Positions 41,608 to 63,352 of a stretch of DNA of 64,000 nt are shown piece by piece; position 1 is the stretch's first letter, and the number at the start of each line of letters is the position of its first letter. This DNA comes from Chrysomallon squamiferum. Lineage: Eukaryota; Animalia; Mollusca. Below the pieces are notes generated by a model. The model was not told the origin of the DNA, made no database searches, and saw only the letters and a program-made list of their open reading frames with translations. The translations under genes were made by a program, and so were the position numbers. Location of the stretch: the NCBI GenBank assembly GCA_012295275.1, contig CM022669.1, positions 1,984,001 to 2,048,000 of the forward strand. The letters are read 5' to 3'.

Positions 41608-44447
41608 TTGGTAATTAATCATTTCACGTAGACATACAAAGATGTACAAAACTAGTGAGACCTCGAACACTGGATTAATGTTGAATTATCTATATGCATG
41701 GATTTAAACAATAAAGCCTACACACCTATTAATCCTTAAGCACTTTCGATATAAGTTTATTTCAAAGGCTTACTCAGGACAATCAACAACACAACAACCT
41801 CAATACAACAACAAAAATAATAATACAAAACAAGTACAATAAATAAGTTATAGATAATAAATATTTCAAATGAAAAAATAACTAAATAAACAAGAAAATA
41901 TCCTCACCAAGCATATATGTATATGTGTGTGTGTTTATATATACTAAAAATACAGACATATTTTAGCAGAATTTGTAAACTCTACCGATTGTATATATGT
42001 TTTAATATGATGATTCTGTTAAAATTTGTATTTATTTTTGATCCATAACTTACATACATAATAAAACAAACACTAAACTGCTTGTTCTTAATACTGTAAG
42101 GAACCTGAAACATATTCTCTGTTAATGCCTTAAAATATTTGAAAATCTATATAATACTAAGCGCAGATGTTGATGACGAATTTTCTTTGTCATCAAACAC
42201 GTAGAGTGCCAGAGATTAAAAATAATTAATCAATAAATCAATAAAAAAAAAGAAGCAAAACGAATAAATAAAAAATGAACGCCTGAAAAGAAAATATTGG
42301 AATAAATCTGATAGTGTTTTATAAATGAACAGTTATAGTGGTTTAGTAATTTAATAGGATGCAAAAATGTCACAGATTTTGTAAATACTGCTCAGTGTCA
42401 TTACTGTAATGTTCACTCAGTTAACCGGAAGTTGCATATTACAAAAAGGCCCAAAACGGAATTTTCAATAAACAGTAATAATAATTCTACTATTAAACGA
42501 CTTTTATAAAAATTATTGGATTTAGTTATATGATCAAAACTATTCGATTGTTAATATGTCGAAATAAAGGTTCATTTTTTTTTTTCATTAACTGTATTTT
42601 ATTCCCGAATTCCTCCAAAATTCCAAAACATTTTGTATTTAATAGTTTATTATTTTTATTTTCATTATTACTGATTCTGAAAGTATGAATTTTTGTGATT
42701 GTTGCAAAATCGGTACGTATTCATGAACCAAATATACATCTGTCTAATCGTAAAAACTCTTAGAATGCACGTAAAGAGGAAAACAGTATAGTGAAAAAGA
42801 GAAAAAAACAGAATGTGAGAGACATACATAAAGAGACTGAGTGAGCCATGTCTGCATGTAATCTAGAGAAAGAAAAACAGAAAGAGAACGACAGAGACAG
42901 AGAGACAGAGAGAGAGAAAGAATGAGACAGAGGCGGAAGAAGAACAATATATAGATAGATTGTATGTGTAAGAGAAACATAGAGAAATACATCGGAAAGA
43001 AAAACATGAGGAGAGAGAGAAAGAGAAAGAAAAACAGAGAAGAAGACAGAGAAATAATGATTTAATCACGAAGTTAACGGCTAAGTACTGTCCACTAATA
43101 GCAATAACCTATACTGTTGAAAGTGGATTTTACAGAAATTTTGATCCGACTCGGAAAACACTGAAGTAAGTTTGATTAGATCTCCCAGTGAGTCGTTGCC
43201 ACGATTCTCTTCCTAACAAGTGTTAGTTGAAGCGGTTGTTTCTGGTACCCTTCACCGTTGACCACTTGTTTCAAGTGTCAACAGCTTCCGTGATATCGTC
43301 GTGCAAGAAAATGCTGATGCGAGAAGTAATGATGTTACGATGTCGTGGGTCAGTGACTGGTCGTTGCAAAGTCATGACAGTAGAGATTGCAATAAACATT
43401 CAAGGTTATGACCTTCAGATATATCATCATTGTTTTCTTTGTTTCAGAATCCAGATATTAGTTTTGGACTGTCAGCAGAATTTGAGGGGATTTGTTTGAG
43501 TGTAGGAGAGAAGTTTAGAGAGGGAAATTAAAACAGAGAGAAATATTTCAGAAATAAAAAAGAAAGAGAGCGAGAGATTCAAACAGACAGAGAAAGAAAT
43601 AATTACAATAATCATCTGTAATATTCTTTTAATTAAATTTGCTTGTAATTTTATAAACGCTACATTAGATATGTTAAGTAATAATGGTTTTGCATGATTG
43701 TTGAACGAATGTACTCTGAAGGGATTAACACTGTTTAAGTCATATAAGAAATGGCCATGCTGTTTTTAATTGTAAAATATGTATGAAGTAATGTTTTTGT
43801 ATGCAATTCAAAACATTAAACAGAAAGAAGAACAACAACAAAAAAAAAAAAAAAAAAAAAAAAAAAAACAAGAGAAAAAAAATCAACAAAAAACTAACAA
43901 AACAAACAACAACATAAAAACAATTAAAAAAAGAAAAGAAAAGAAAAAAATGATTATTTTTATATTTATGCTTGGGTTATGATATTTTAGCATAGTAATA
44001 TGTACGAATAATGTAATGAAAAAACAAAATGCACCAACGTCACAATTATTTTACATAATAAATATTTTCTCTTGTGTCTTCAAACAAGCAATAGTGCTTT
44101 GTGTTTGTGTTCACAAATACGTATTCTGCCTGCCATTATTTAACACTATGATAATCTTGTCTGGTAATTGCCAAATCATGCAGCTGCAGTAGCAGTTCCA
44201 GGCTCTTTAAGGGGGAGAAATTTCGTAGTTTGGAAAGATGTAACAAATACCAATACTAAGAATCTACTGTTTTAATGAATCGCACTCTACGTAACAATAA
44301 ATCGTTAAGTATGTTAATTATGGATGTTAATGAAACATCGTTTGGTAATAATAAATAGGGGTGGAGGGATGGTTTCGTCCGAATTGCAATAGAAATTCAA
44401 AAAGAGAAAACAAGACATATTTAAATAATTATCACTTTGCAAGAAAC

Positions 44448-44590
44448 TGACCTTCGACCTCCAAGGTTTCAATGCACAATATGATACGCTTTATCGCCTC
44501 CTAGGAAATTTCTATGTACAGATTTTGTTTCAGTGGATTCCACGCCCCTTTTTAGATATATAAATATCTGTTATCTTTGTCAGTAAAATC
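44448..44590 (+). promoter_or_regulatory. Core promoter of VWA gene B: DR1, TATA box, Inr
   Basis: TGACCT-T-CGACCT (44448-44460), TATATAAATA (about 44557-44566), TCAGT (44580), ATG at 44619. Confidence 0.55.
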
Positions 44591-44618
44591 ACAGACAAAG
44601 GACCCTGTCAACATCAAG

Positions 44619-44660
44619 ATGGATCACGTCTGCTTTGTGGTAGTCTTGGTGAGTTTACTA

Positions 44661-44754
<94 letters not shown>

Positions 44755-47700
44755 CTTAATAGTAGTGTTAGTAGTAGCTGTAGTAGTAGTAACTGTGTTC
44801 ACAGGATTACAGGATTATGTCTTTAGGTTTTCAGTATTATTTGTTATTATCAGAATCTGGATTTATTAATTCTGGCCAACGATTATCGTTTAATGATACC
44901 GGTTATTAAAGTGGAATGGTAGCGACATATGTTTAAAAATACATTTCACAGAACGCACCACTTACTACATCTTTTGGATAGCGAACAGTGGTTGGATCAT
45001 GAAAATAATCAATGAGCTGAACTACATCGATTGCTTCTGTGATCGATCATATAGGCAGGTCTTTTGTGATCATTAATCCATAAATCTTCTTCCAGTCTTC
45101 CAATAATTAATTATATAATATAATTAATTCCTTTCTTATATGTACACTTAATATATCATTATATACTTTATATACTTAAAGGAAGATTTAAATTATATTT
45201 TTTATGATTTTTGTTATATTTTCATTTTAGGCGAGCATTGTTGCGCAGATTCAGTCTCGTAAGTTGACACATTTGTTTCGCAAATACATTCAGTAATACT
45301 GTTTTCCTATTACATAAATTATTTATAAACTATTTAATTTATCTGACTACACACACGTATTTTTAAAGTGAGACTGAAAGAATGAAAAGATGTACACAAA
45401 GATAGAAACTGATAAAGATACACACTACATATATACATATATAAATAAATAAATACACATACGTACATACATGCATTCATACACATATAAATGCACGTAC
45501 ATACGTGCACGCACAGAGAAAGAGAGGAGGAGCGAGACTTAATACGATTTGTATTTTATTTTCAGAGGTTCAGCGTGAGGACTCACATTTTTCTTTCGGT
45601 AAGTACAGAAATAAATATAGAAGAAATGTGTTTTATTTAATAATACATATTAAAATAGTAAATAAATAAATAAATAAATAAATGTAAAGTTTAATACACA
45701 GTCCTTTCCATTTTACAGTTGACTTAGATTTATGTTTGTGTGACAAATATATGTATTAAATTAGATTTATGTTGTGTGACAAATATATGTATTAAATTAG
45801 ATTTATGTTTGTGTGATAAATATATGTATTAAATTAGATTTATGTTTGTGTGATAAATATATGTATTAAATTAGATTTATGTTTGTGTGATAAATATATG
45901 TATTAAATTAGATTTATGTTTGTGTGATAAATATATGTATTAAATCACTTAATGTATTTTTATTTTGTTTTCAGGTTCGGTGGACGGACCACGGACGGAT
46001 GGTTCTTTCGACAACATCGACCTAGGTAAGTTGCTGAAAAAAACGAAAAACAAATTAAAATAAAATAAATACAACCACCCCTCCAACAACCAACAAATAA
46101 CAAGTAAAGAAATGAATGAATGAATGAATGAATAAATAAATAAATAAATAAATAAATAAATATATTACATTTAAATGGCAAATTGAAAGTAATAAAAAAG
46201 AATGTTATTTCGTTTAAAGAATAACAATATTTTTTTCTCACTTTAGTGCTACCAGGATGTCGTGAAAAAATCGCCGATGTTTACTTCATCCTCGATTCTT
46301 CGAGCAGTATCTACATCGATGATTTCGAGCAGCACCGGCGATTCTTCCGGGAGGTGGTGAAACGTTTCGACATATCAAGTTACGCTACTCGCGTTGGCGC
46401 TTCCGTGTACAGCGATAATCACCAGCAAGGATTTAGTCTAAACCAGTTCACTAATAAACGATCTTTGATCAATGCTATCAACGAACGCAACCTTCCCTAC
46501 CTGACGGGAAATACCAATACTCACGAGGCTATTCGTTATGTAAGAACCAATGGGCAGTTCAGAAGTGATATCACCAAGGTGATTGTTGTCATCACGGACG
46601 GCTATTCCCGACAGCCAGGGTCGACCAGAGCCGAGGCAGACAGTGCTCGAAGAGAAGGGTTCTATATCTATGCCATAGGCGTCGGCCAATACACAGATGA
46701 AAGAGAATGGCGCGCTATTGCCAGTGACCCAGACGAGAGCTTCATGTTCAATATCTCCAACTACCGCGGCTTGGATAGACTCTTCAGCAGCATTCCTAAC
46801 AGAATTTGTCAACTTCCACCCCTCATTCCTGGATTACAAAGTATCTAACAATAACAACAACAACAATGACAACAACAATAACTACAACAACAACAACAAC
46901 AACAAAAATAATATAATACAATAACAATAATAACAAACACAGTAATAAGATCAAAAACTACACTAACACTACCATCACCACTATCGTCACAACAACAATA
47001 ATACCTAAGTATGCAGGTTTGTGTATCGAGCAAATGAAAACAAATCAAAGTTAAACAGGAACAATTATTTCTTTTTTGTTTTTTTCTGCAGCTTGTACTG
47101 TTAGGAGGGACGCTGACTTGATGTTTGTTGCCGGTCCTCGATCTGCCAGCAACGCGTTTTCCATCGTCCAGAATCTTGTGGAAAACATCAGAGAAGACCC
47201 AGACCGTCTGACTCTCACACTGCTGCTTGGTGCCTGCAGCGCCGACACTGTCGCTTTACAGGATCCTCGCGTTTTCTGCACCGACTTCGGAGAAACCGGC
47301 TTCCAAAGATCTGAAACGTACGTCAACCTTCTGAAAGACATGCGCGATAAGGCACGTGATGCCAGGAACAGACGACATGCTGCCAACCAGGTGGCAGTTT
47401 TATTTCTGGACAATGAGTCACTTTCTGCAGACAGATACGGCGTTATGAGGGAGGCACGTGACGCACAGTACGACGGGATTAACGTATACGTTGTAGATCT
47501 TGGCGTCGCTCATTCCGTTAGAAATCTTCTGAGCAGGATCGCCTCAGAAAACGATAACGTGTTCAACACAGCACACTTCCAGGGAATCCGCGACATGGAG
47601 TCACACCTTCTCAATGGAATTTGTTCTGGTGAGTTGTTTGTTTTGTTTCTTTTAAAAAAATGTATTAGTTATTTATTAATGTAGTCTTTTGTTGTTATTG

Positions 47701-47791
47701 TTGTTGTTGTTGTTATTATTATTATTACTATTATATTTTTGCAGATCTAAATGGCTATACAGAAGCAACACTGGCGCCACCCCAAAAATAA
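44619..47791 (+). CDS. Secreted two-VWA-domain protein B, paralog of A; join(44619..44648,45231..45258,45566..45598,45975..46025,46247..46840,47092..47628,47745..47791), 439 aa
   Basis: Signal peptide MDHVCFVVVL|ASIVAQIQS; VWA1 with MIDAS DSSSS, TNT, ITDG; degenerate VWA2; last exon starts DLNG as in gene A; 1320 nt in frame. Confidence 0.88.
45724..45944. repeat. 37-bp minisatellite, 6 copies
   Basis: Unit TTAGATTTATGTTTGTGTGAYAAATATATGTATTAAA, near-perfect. Confidence 0.95.
46247..46840 (+). CDS. VWA gene B exon 5: canonical VWA domain
   Basis: ADVYFILDSSSSI...VIVVITDGYSR...EWRAIASDPD. Confidence 0.93.
47092..47628 (+). CDS. VWA gene B exon 6: degenerate VWA domain
   Basis: ADLMFVAGP...QVAVLFLD...INVYVVDLG...RIASE. 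Confidence 0.9.
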
Positions 47792-48970
47792 ATAACAGGA
47801 CTAGAGAGTGATTTCAAACTTTAATTAGACATAATGCTGTAACTATTACCTCACACTGCACTATACGTTATAGTGAGTTTTAATTATTAGGGCATTGTAA
47901 AATTATAAACATACAGCTAATAATTTAACAGTTAACACTTTTAATCGTATTAGTTTTACTATTAATTCTCAGTACCTCCTAAAGATAAGACTTTATTATT
48001 GCCTCTATGACATTTAGTTTTATTGTATCAAACATATTTAGTTTTAATGTATAGTATATCCATGAAATTCAATTTTAACGTATCGTTTATCTTTAGTGTA
48101 TCATTATATCTAAGTCATTTATTTTTTGTATTTCATGTATCTACAACATTTAATTTTACTGTATGGTATATCTGTTTAATTTCAGTGCATAGTATATAAG
48201 GCATTCTTTATTTGTTGTTGATAACACTTGTGGTCTTAGTGCTAACGCGCATAACACTATTACTTTTACACGCATTTAGTTGCAATACGTAAGTATAAAA
48301 CTATTAACTTTACTTTCACTGTTACTTTTCGCTTAATGCACTGTAAGTCATATGATATTAAATATTTTCACCTGTTTTAGGACACACAGACACACACTAA
48401 CTCAGTATAGTCATCTGTGATATACCAATGGATTTTATTTATAATCTAGCATTGCCATTTGGTTAACAAATATGACGTCATCAGCATAAGCAGCAAAATG
48501 TTACTGTAGACAGTTTGGAACAACCCTTTGCTGTTTTTATTTTCTGCTGGGTTTTTTTCTTTTTCTTTGTTATCTTTAAATGATATATCTGTATCTGAAT
48601 AAATGTTCTTGAAAGAAATGAGTTAGTTAAATAAATATTTTATGATAAATTGTATTTGTGTGTATGTGCTTCAATTATAGGTGAAGTCTAAAACAACTTT
48701 TGTATATAAATACATACATATATTTGATTATATATACACACACACATGCACACATGAATGTGACTGTAAAAATAACGTATTATTCATCACGGGCTGGAGA
48801 ACTCGTATTCTCAACAGTGTTATTTTACATAGTCTTTACTTTCAAATAAATATCAACGACAGTATCAAATAACTCACATTTTATAGAACCTAACAATAAC
48901 AACGACAGTAATGTCACAAACACTATTTTAATGACAATTAATCTTTGACAATCTACAACTAAATAGCTTA

Positions 48971-48975
<5 letters not shown>

Positions 48976-49060
<85 letters not shown>
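48976..49060. repeat. (CT)n microsatellite
   Basis: Perfect dinucleotide run. Confidence 0.96.
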
Positions 49061-49064
<4 letters not shown>

Positions 49065-49389
49065 AGTGTTCTTCTATATCTCTATAATTTAAACATTTTT
49101 GATATAACTTGTGTACAATTATTTCCACTTAATCGCAACCATCATTTAACATGGGAGATAACTCTACTCCTTTTATCTCAATTTACGACTTTGTTATAAG
49201 GATGGGTGGAAATAATGCTTATATGACATCATAGATATGTAACTGATGACCACATATATAAGCTGAAAGTTTAGATTTCTATAGAAACCCAGTCTGGCAG
49301 GAATATTTGATCTGGATGGTAATCTGTTAAACTGTTCTTTGCTGAATCTTTACATAAACAGTGTGTCCTTTATTAACCATGCAGTCCAC

Positions 49390-49635
49390 CAACTGTACGT
49401 GCCCACTGTCTAATCATGTGATCAGCACTCTCATGTCAATGACAATTACCTTGTTCGTTTTTAAATTGTTGCGACACCAAATGACGTCATCTGAAGGAAC
49501 TAGAAAGGTAATATTGCCATTTTGTGACCTCATGTAATTCATTGCTTTTTGAAGGTACGCCAACTGAATTAAATCATATGCCCTTTCGTTGTTAGATAAA
49601 AGACGGATAATGTCTGTTTTTCTGACGTCAGCTGC
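49390..49635. promoter_or_regulatory. Candidate enhancer between VWA genes B and C
   Basis: TACGTG (49396), TCATGTGA (49414), ATGACGTCAT (49481), TGACCT, CATATG and CTGACGTCAG (49622) within about 240 bp. Confidence 0.45.
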
Positions 49636-50154
49636 TATAACTGGTTTATTTCTATTAGGAGAAATATATCTTTGAAAGTTTTCTTTAGCAGTTTTTGAAA
49701 TATCCTTTTTAAAGGTAAACTTCTGTGGAATCAGATTATTAACACCATCGAAATATTTCTTAAAATAACCCGAAATAATTTATTATCGACACTGATTTTT
49801 CTATTTTATAACTAATATTACTTGTAGTTTTATAAATCAAAAGTCTCCCAGTTAAAATAAAGCTATGTGCCGTCTTATTGATAATTTGTGAAATATTTCC
49901 AGCCATTCGATCATCATAATAATATAATATATCATGAACTGGTTAAAAAATATAACAATAAATTTTTGATTTAATATACTTCATTTTTAACATGACAGGC
50001 TTGATAAGTAATTTCATTAAAAAATGTGCTCTTGTTCACATTAGATTTTATGCAGAGGTGCCACGTGAAAAAAATATATCTGAATTTCATTATTTGAATT
50101 AAACAGTTTGTTCATATCGAGAATATAGCTGATTCTACAGCTAAAACGATTCAA

Positions 50155-50993
50155 GGAAAAAAGTCACAGGAAAAAAGTCATAATTAAGATTAAGAAATAT
50201 ATAAGAAATGAAAGATAGATTAAACACATTTTGTCAGAGTTTTTTGTTAATGTTAGTGGTTTAGGCGGATGTTCCACCCAATACCACGGAGAGATTCTGC
50301 CAATTACAACTTGATCTTTTGATGCATTTCCACCACAACTTTGTTTTATGAGTTGCAAGTTTGGTATACAGGAACCCCTCATAACAGATTTTGTTACCAC
50401 CCTTATTGCTATGAATAACTTCCATATTAAACATACTAGAGCAACTTGAAGAATATATAGTGATATACATTTTAACCTGGGACATTTTATAAATCACTTT
50501 AGGAAGCCCTTAGTTCAAATCTATCCTAATCAGTAAGCTAGACCTAATCAGGGCCGGATTTCCCATATAGGCTTTCTAGGCTAGTGGATAGGGCGGCAGT
50601 TTATGTTACATAAATTCGTATTTTCACATTTGATTTATAAATAAATCATTATGTAAATTTAAACCATGTTTTTGCTTTCAACTAAATCATAAGTTATTCA
50701 TATAAACTAAGTGGGAAGGGTGAGGGGGACTTCACCCGTGAGGAGAAGGCGGTAACATTTTTATAGCCTATGGGCGGCAAGAACATTAAATCCAAGCCTG
50801 AACCTAATCCTGACTAACTGATCCTAATTAATAAGAGTAACAAAGTCACCAGTATGAAGCCTTTTTCTTCAGTATGAAGCCTAGTAATGTTAACAATTAC
50901 CCCATGCAAACTATGTACTCTACAAACCCATACATTGTGTGACTTGTTTTCCTGTGATTTGTTTTTCCTATACTAAATTGTGACTTTTTTTCC
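50155..50993 (-). mobile_element. Internally deleted FLYWCH-type Mutator-like DNA transposon
   Basis: Inverted ends built from GGAAAAAAGTCACA sub-repeats (50155-50185 vs 50938-50993); minus-strand remnant MEVIHSNKGGNKICYEGFLYTK...LWWKCIKR is the start of a FLYWCH finger. Confidence 0.7.
50549..50800. mobile_element. hAT-like MITE nested in the Mutator-like element
   Basis: TIRs CAGGGCCGGATTT / AAATCCAAGCCTG; 8-bp flanking duplication GACCTAAT / AACCTAAT (7 of 8 match). Confidence 0.75.
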
Positions 50994-52351
50994 AGCCGCT
51001 GTAACTCCGGTTACTACTACTGACATCACCACCACTACTCTTTTATAACTACTGCTGACAATAGTCTCTACCACAAATAATAACAAACTTACACTAATAT
51101 GTCTTTTTAAAAAGAAGCATATCTTAAGGAAAACATTCCACTTAGGTTTATTTTTCCGATCATTCCTTCAGCCAGCCTCAGATCCAGTTTGTTTTTACGG
51201 TTGAAAATCTTGGTATGTCTATGTTACATTTATTAGAATAAAGAAATCTGTGAATAAACTGTTACATTTATTTCTTTGTTATATTAAAATTTGTTATGAA
51301 CAATGTTATGAAGAAAATTATCTTTATATTTTTCATTAAACACACACACACACGCACAGACACAGCTATACACAACAGATATTTTGATAAATACATAATA
51401 AAAAGTGGCCACTCAGCCATATCCTGATGTCTGAAGATTAATACAAATTAACTTTCTTTTGATTTCTTTTCAGCGACAATTTACTATTACAGAGCTGAAG
51501 TCTCTAATATATTTTCGTCATTGACTCCTTTAGGAATCCTTCTAATTATGAAAATGTAATAAAAGGAAGAACAGTTAATAAAAACATACATCTATAAAAT
51601 TCGATAAATAAATCCACATTGCTTTATTATTGATTGTTCCTCATCTCTGAAGAGAAATGATTCATAATCTAATAATCATACTACTTCTACTACTACTGCT
51701 GCTGCTGCTGCTACTATTTTTACTACTGCAGTACAAAGTAACATTTCTTATCAGACGTATTTAACATACACACAAATTTTAAACTCAGCTTATCGTGTCA
51801 AATTTGATGATCTGTCTGGACTGGTGTCAACTTACAACGCGTTATCCTTTATTCGTCGCCAAAAACATTGATCTCTGGCCAAAAACCTTTACTGTCTGAT
51901 TATTATTAAGGTGAAAGGCTGCATTAGCACAATAATAAGCAGTGGCAATATCTCTTAGACATTTCTGAATAGTGAGCTTAGCTTTAGAAATATGAATATT
52001 ATTACTGTCGTAAAAGGATTAATGTATGTGACAGTGTTTAAATTACAGCACAAAACACATCTGTAAGACTGGTAATAAATTAATAATATTATTACTGTCA
52101 ATAAAACAAAACTATTAGTAAGTGTGACATAATATTAAAATTATTAATAAGTATTAAATAAATAATAATATTACCTGTATTATCAATATAAAAATATTAA
52201 ATATAATGCCAATTGTATTAGTACTGTTACAGTGAAAGTATTAATAAATAATATTATTGCAGTTAGTAGAAACATATTAAAGCGATATCATAAATGACAT
52301 TTTATCGGCTTTTTCCATAACATATATAACGTAACAAACACTGCCTTGGAA

Positions 52352-52435
52352 CTTGGTGAGATCATTCCTTGGTGAGATCATTCCTTGGTGAGATCATTCC
52401 TTGGTGAGATCATTCCTTGGTGAGATCATTCCTTG
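52352..52435. repeat. 16-bp tandem repeat, 5 perfect copies
   Basis: (CTTGGTGAGATCATTC)x5. Confidence 0.95.
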
Positions 52436-53562
52436 ATGATTCAGAAACAAAGTGTAACTTTGAAAATATCAGAATCTTGGTTTTGTATGAATACATACTG
52501 TAAACTATTTTGTAAAATAAACTATTATAAATATATTTGGAAGAAAATTGAAAGAAGACAAATTAATTTTACTGTTTGATCTACGTAATTATAATTTTAT
52601 ACATAAAAAACGCATAAGCTCTCACGGTTGGTTGGATTTGTGCTGGAAAGCCATGGACCTACTATTCTAGCCATGATTTAATCAAATTTATAAATATTTG
52701 TCTTTCCTTTTTGAAATGCTGCGACATCAACTCAAGTCACCGGAAGCAAGGAAAAACGTAACGTTGTCGTGCACCATGCTGCATGTAGCTTTTTCAAATA
52801 CTTTTCGAACGATGTTGTATTCTGTTAGATGTGAGAAAAATAATGTTTATCTGAGTGAACAGCTAGGATTGGCTTATTTTTACCTCTTTGATCATATCTT
52901 TGAAATTTTTCTTTAGCTCTTTTTAAAATATTGGTTTCAAAAGTAAATTTTTTAGACCCTGTAAAATTGTTTCTTTAAACAATATTCTGTTTTGGAAGTT
53001 TTTCAAAAGAAATGTCGTAGTTGTTCTTTTTAACTTCGTGTAATGACATCCATTCCTCAGATTTCTTTTTAAAGTGAGATGAAAGTAAGCCCCAGTCTGG
53101 CAGTATTTTTCAAAAGATCTTCGGTTATTCATTTACAGGTGCAGTTACCCAACCACCCACTGAAATGAATTGTTATATGACGATTGTTATTTTTCAGTAT
53201 TATTAATCAACTATTTTCCAGTCGAAAGTAATCCGTGTTTCGCTTTATTATTAATACGTCCACCATTTTATGAACTTTATCTTAATAAATATACACTGAA
53301 GTATTAATAACCAGAAGTAGTCAAAATCCTCATTTTAACCTTATGTTAGTTTTGAATTTTCCTTAAAACCTTTAGCAGGATGTATAGAATTTTTTTTTAA
53401 ATTAATTTTATATCAAGGATAAAAATGAGATAAAGATAAAAAATGTAATAGTTTCCAGTTTCATCAGTTGAATTGGCAAAAAGTTGGTTGGAAATAAGAA
53501 AAAAATCATCAAATGTCAATCATTCTTTTTGAAACACTAGCATGTTGTTATAAAGATAGAAG

Positions 53563-53662
<100 letters not shown>

Positions 53663-55082
53663 AGGTACAAAATACAACAGACTATAATTCTTTTACTGCT
53701 CCCTAAATTTGTATTTTCATTTTACAACATGGTCTGTAATGTGCATTAAAATACATCAAAACCAGTTTGCTTGGAGCACTCCCTTCTAAGATACAAATCT
53801 GACCGTAGTATAGATAACAAAAAAACAATATCATGGCTCATCCAATTCAAGAATAAATTACTTTTGGTTTCTTTGTAGATACAATGTTTTCGTACAAGAA
53901 TACTTCGATGGCCTTCGAAACACATAACTTTAACCATATAGTGCAAATATAATTATACGACAGCAGCAGAATACTTTCTAATAATACCTTTAAACGAACT
54001 GAAAATGTGTCAACATACAGAATCAGCATATTTATTTAAATGTCTGCAAATAAGTAAACTACTGTTACTACTTTACTTCTATTATTTTTACTACCTCAGT
54101 TATTATTGTTATTATTATTATTATTATTATTGTTATTGTTATTACTGCTACTACTATTACTACAATTACATTTACATATAGATTATGTATGTACATATAT
54201 CTGTCTTTGTCTCTGTGTGTGTATGTATTCTGTGTGTGTATGTGTGTGTCTCTGTGTGTGTATGTATCTGTCTAGACTGCTGATAAATTTTTCAGTAAAA
54301 GTGATATAACTTTACATTAGCAGGATGTGATGTCAGTGACTATTTAACCGGATACTGAGCATGTTTCATCATGATAAATGTAACTATCTCACCATTTACT
54401 GTCCCACATATTACCTCTCATTTATATTATACATATCTTATTTTCTAAACTCACACCCACACTTCTGTCCATACCGCTGTCTATGTATACACCTGTGTAT
54501 AGTTATAGCGATCCAAACACATATACCACGAACCATGAATATTTTAAATAATATTTATTTGAACGTCTAGATAATATTCATTATGAATGTTCTTCCACTG
54601 ATTTATAACCCTGGTGTTAGTAAATCGGAAAACGAGTCATTACCCTCCACTTACGGTATAATACGTACCCGTGCGAACTGAAACAGTCACACGTATCTGG
54701 CCACCCACTTTGACCACCTGTTACCTGGTTACGATATCTCGCGAGCTCTGGAAACAGGGCTGGTCAAAACAGGAAAACCGTAAAGTGCAGAGTACTTGCT
54801 GTTATTGTTAGGCTTCAAGAGGGCATCGCAATAATGTCTGGGTCACAGCCCAAATGAAGATATGTTAACATGGAGTTCATTTTTTAGCACCCACCAAAAC
54901 AAATGAATTGTGTTAAAACAGATTACTGAAATATTTATGCGAATTATTTTGTATTATTATTTTTTTTATAGTTAAACCACAGAAACGTTTTTTCTTTTGT
55001 CTCTTTTTTTTTTCTTTCCTCAGTAAAGGCTTTGTGTCTAAATTTTTTTCATTTTTAAAGTTTTAATATTTACACGAAAGAC

Positions 55083-55132
<50 letters not shown>

Positions 55133-55687
55133 GTTATAAGAACAAAAGTTATTAAGCACAGCACTTTTTTATTGGAAAACTTTCAGCGACCAGTCGTCTG
55201 CACGTGCTTCAGCAGGCGGTAAAATAAATTGGATCCATCCCTGTTGATGTTTGCGTTAAAAGCAGGGTTTTTCTTCCTGTTACATACGAAATGTTACATT
55301 AAATTTATTAATCTAAAAACTAGTACAGAAAAACGTTTTCCTGAAACTATGACTCAGACAACATGCAATTTTCTACTTGAAAACAATAACAAAAAAAAGA
55401 AGGAAAGGTGGAAATAACTGTAATAGCAACAGCCTAAATATGTCAAAACATGTAACCGTAGAAAAATAAACGATAAAGAGAAACATAAACAAAATAAGGA
55501 GGGATTTTTGTAATCAACATCAACAAAAGCATTCGCGCCGTTAACTCCCCCATTCATCATATCAGCTTTACAGTGAGCGATAATGTGATTGGCTAACATC
55601 GGTCAATTGATCCATATATGGTAGTGGTGTACTATGGGTGTCAGTGTTCTCATTTTCCCCTCCTCTGATAAGCATACATTTGGGTCT

Positions 55688-55780
55688 ATGACGTCATGTT
55701 ATGACTTGTCATCTATATCTGTTTAAAAATCGTCAGGACACAACAAATTTCTAACGCGAGGAGAACTTGATTCAGTTGTC
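55688..55780 (+). promoter_or_regulatory. Proximal promoter of VWA gene C
   Basis: CRE palindrome ATGACGTCAT (55688-55697), TTTAAAAA (about 55722), TCAGT (about 55772), ATG at 55828. Confidence 0.5.
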
Positions 55781-55827
55781 TAGAATTCTGAATACGAAAA
55801 GCAGACGTTTGTCAATTTGATGTTGAA

Positions 55828-63352
<7,525 letters not shown>

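Noticed and set aside
52352-52435. Five identical 16-bp repeats as a possible CRISPR or operator array
   Set aside because: Head-to-tail with no spacers; simple recent tandem amplification.
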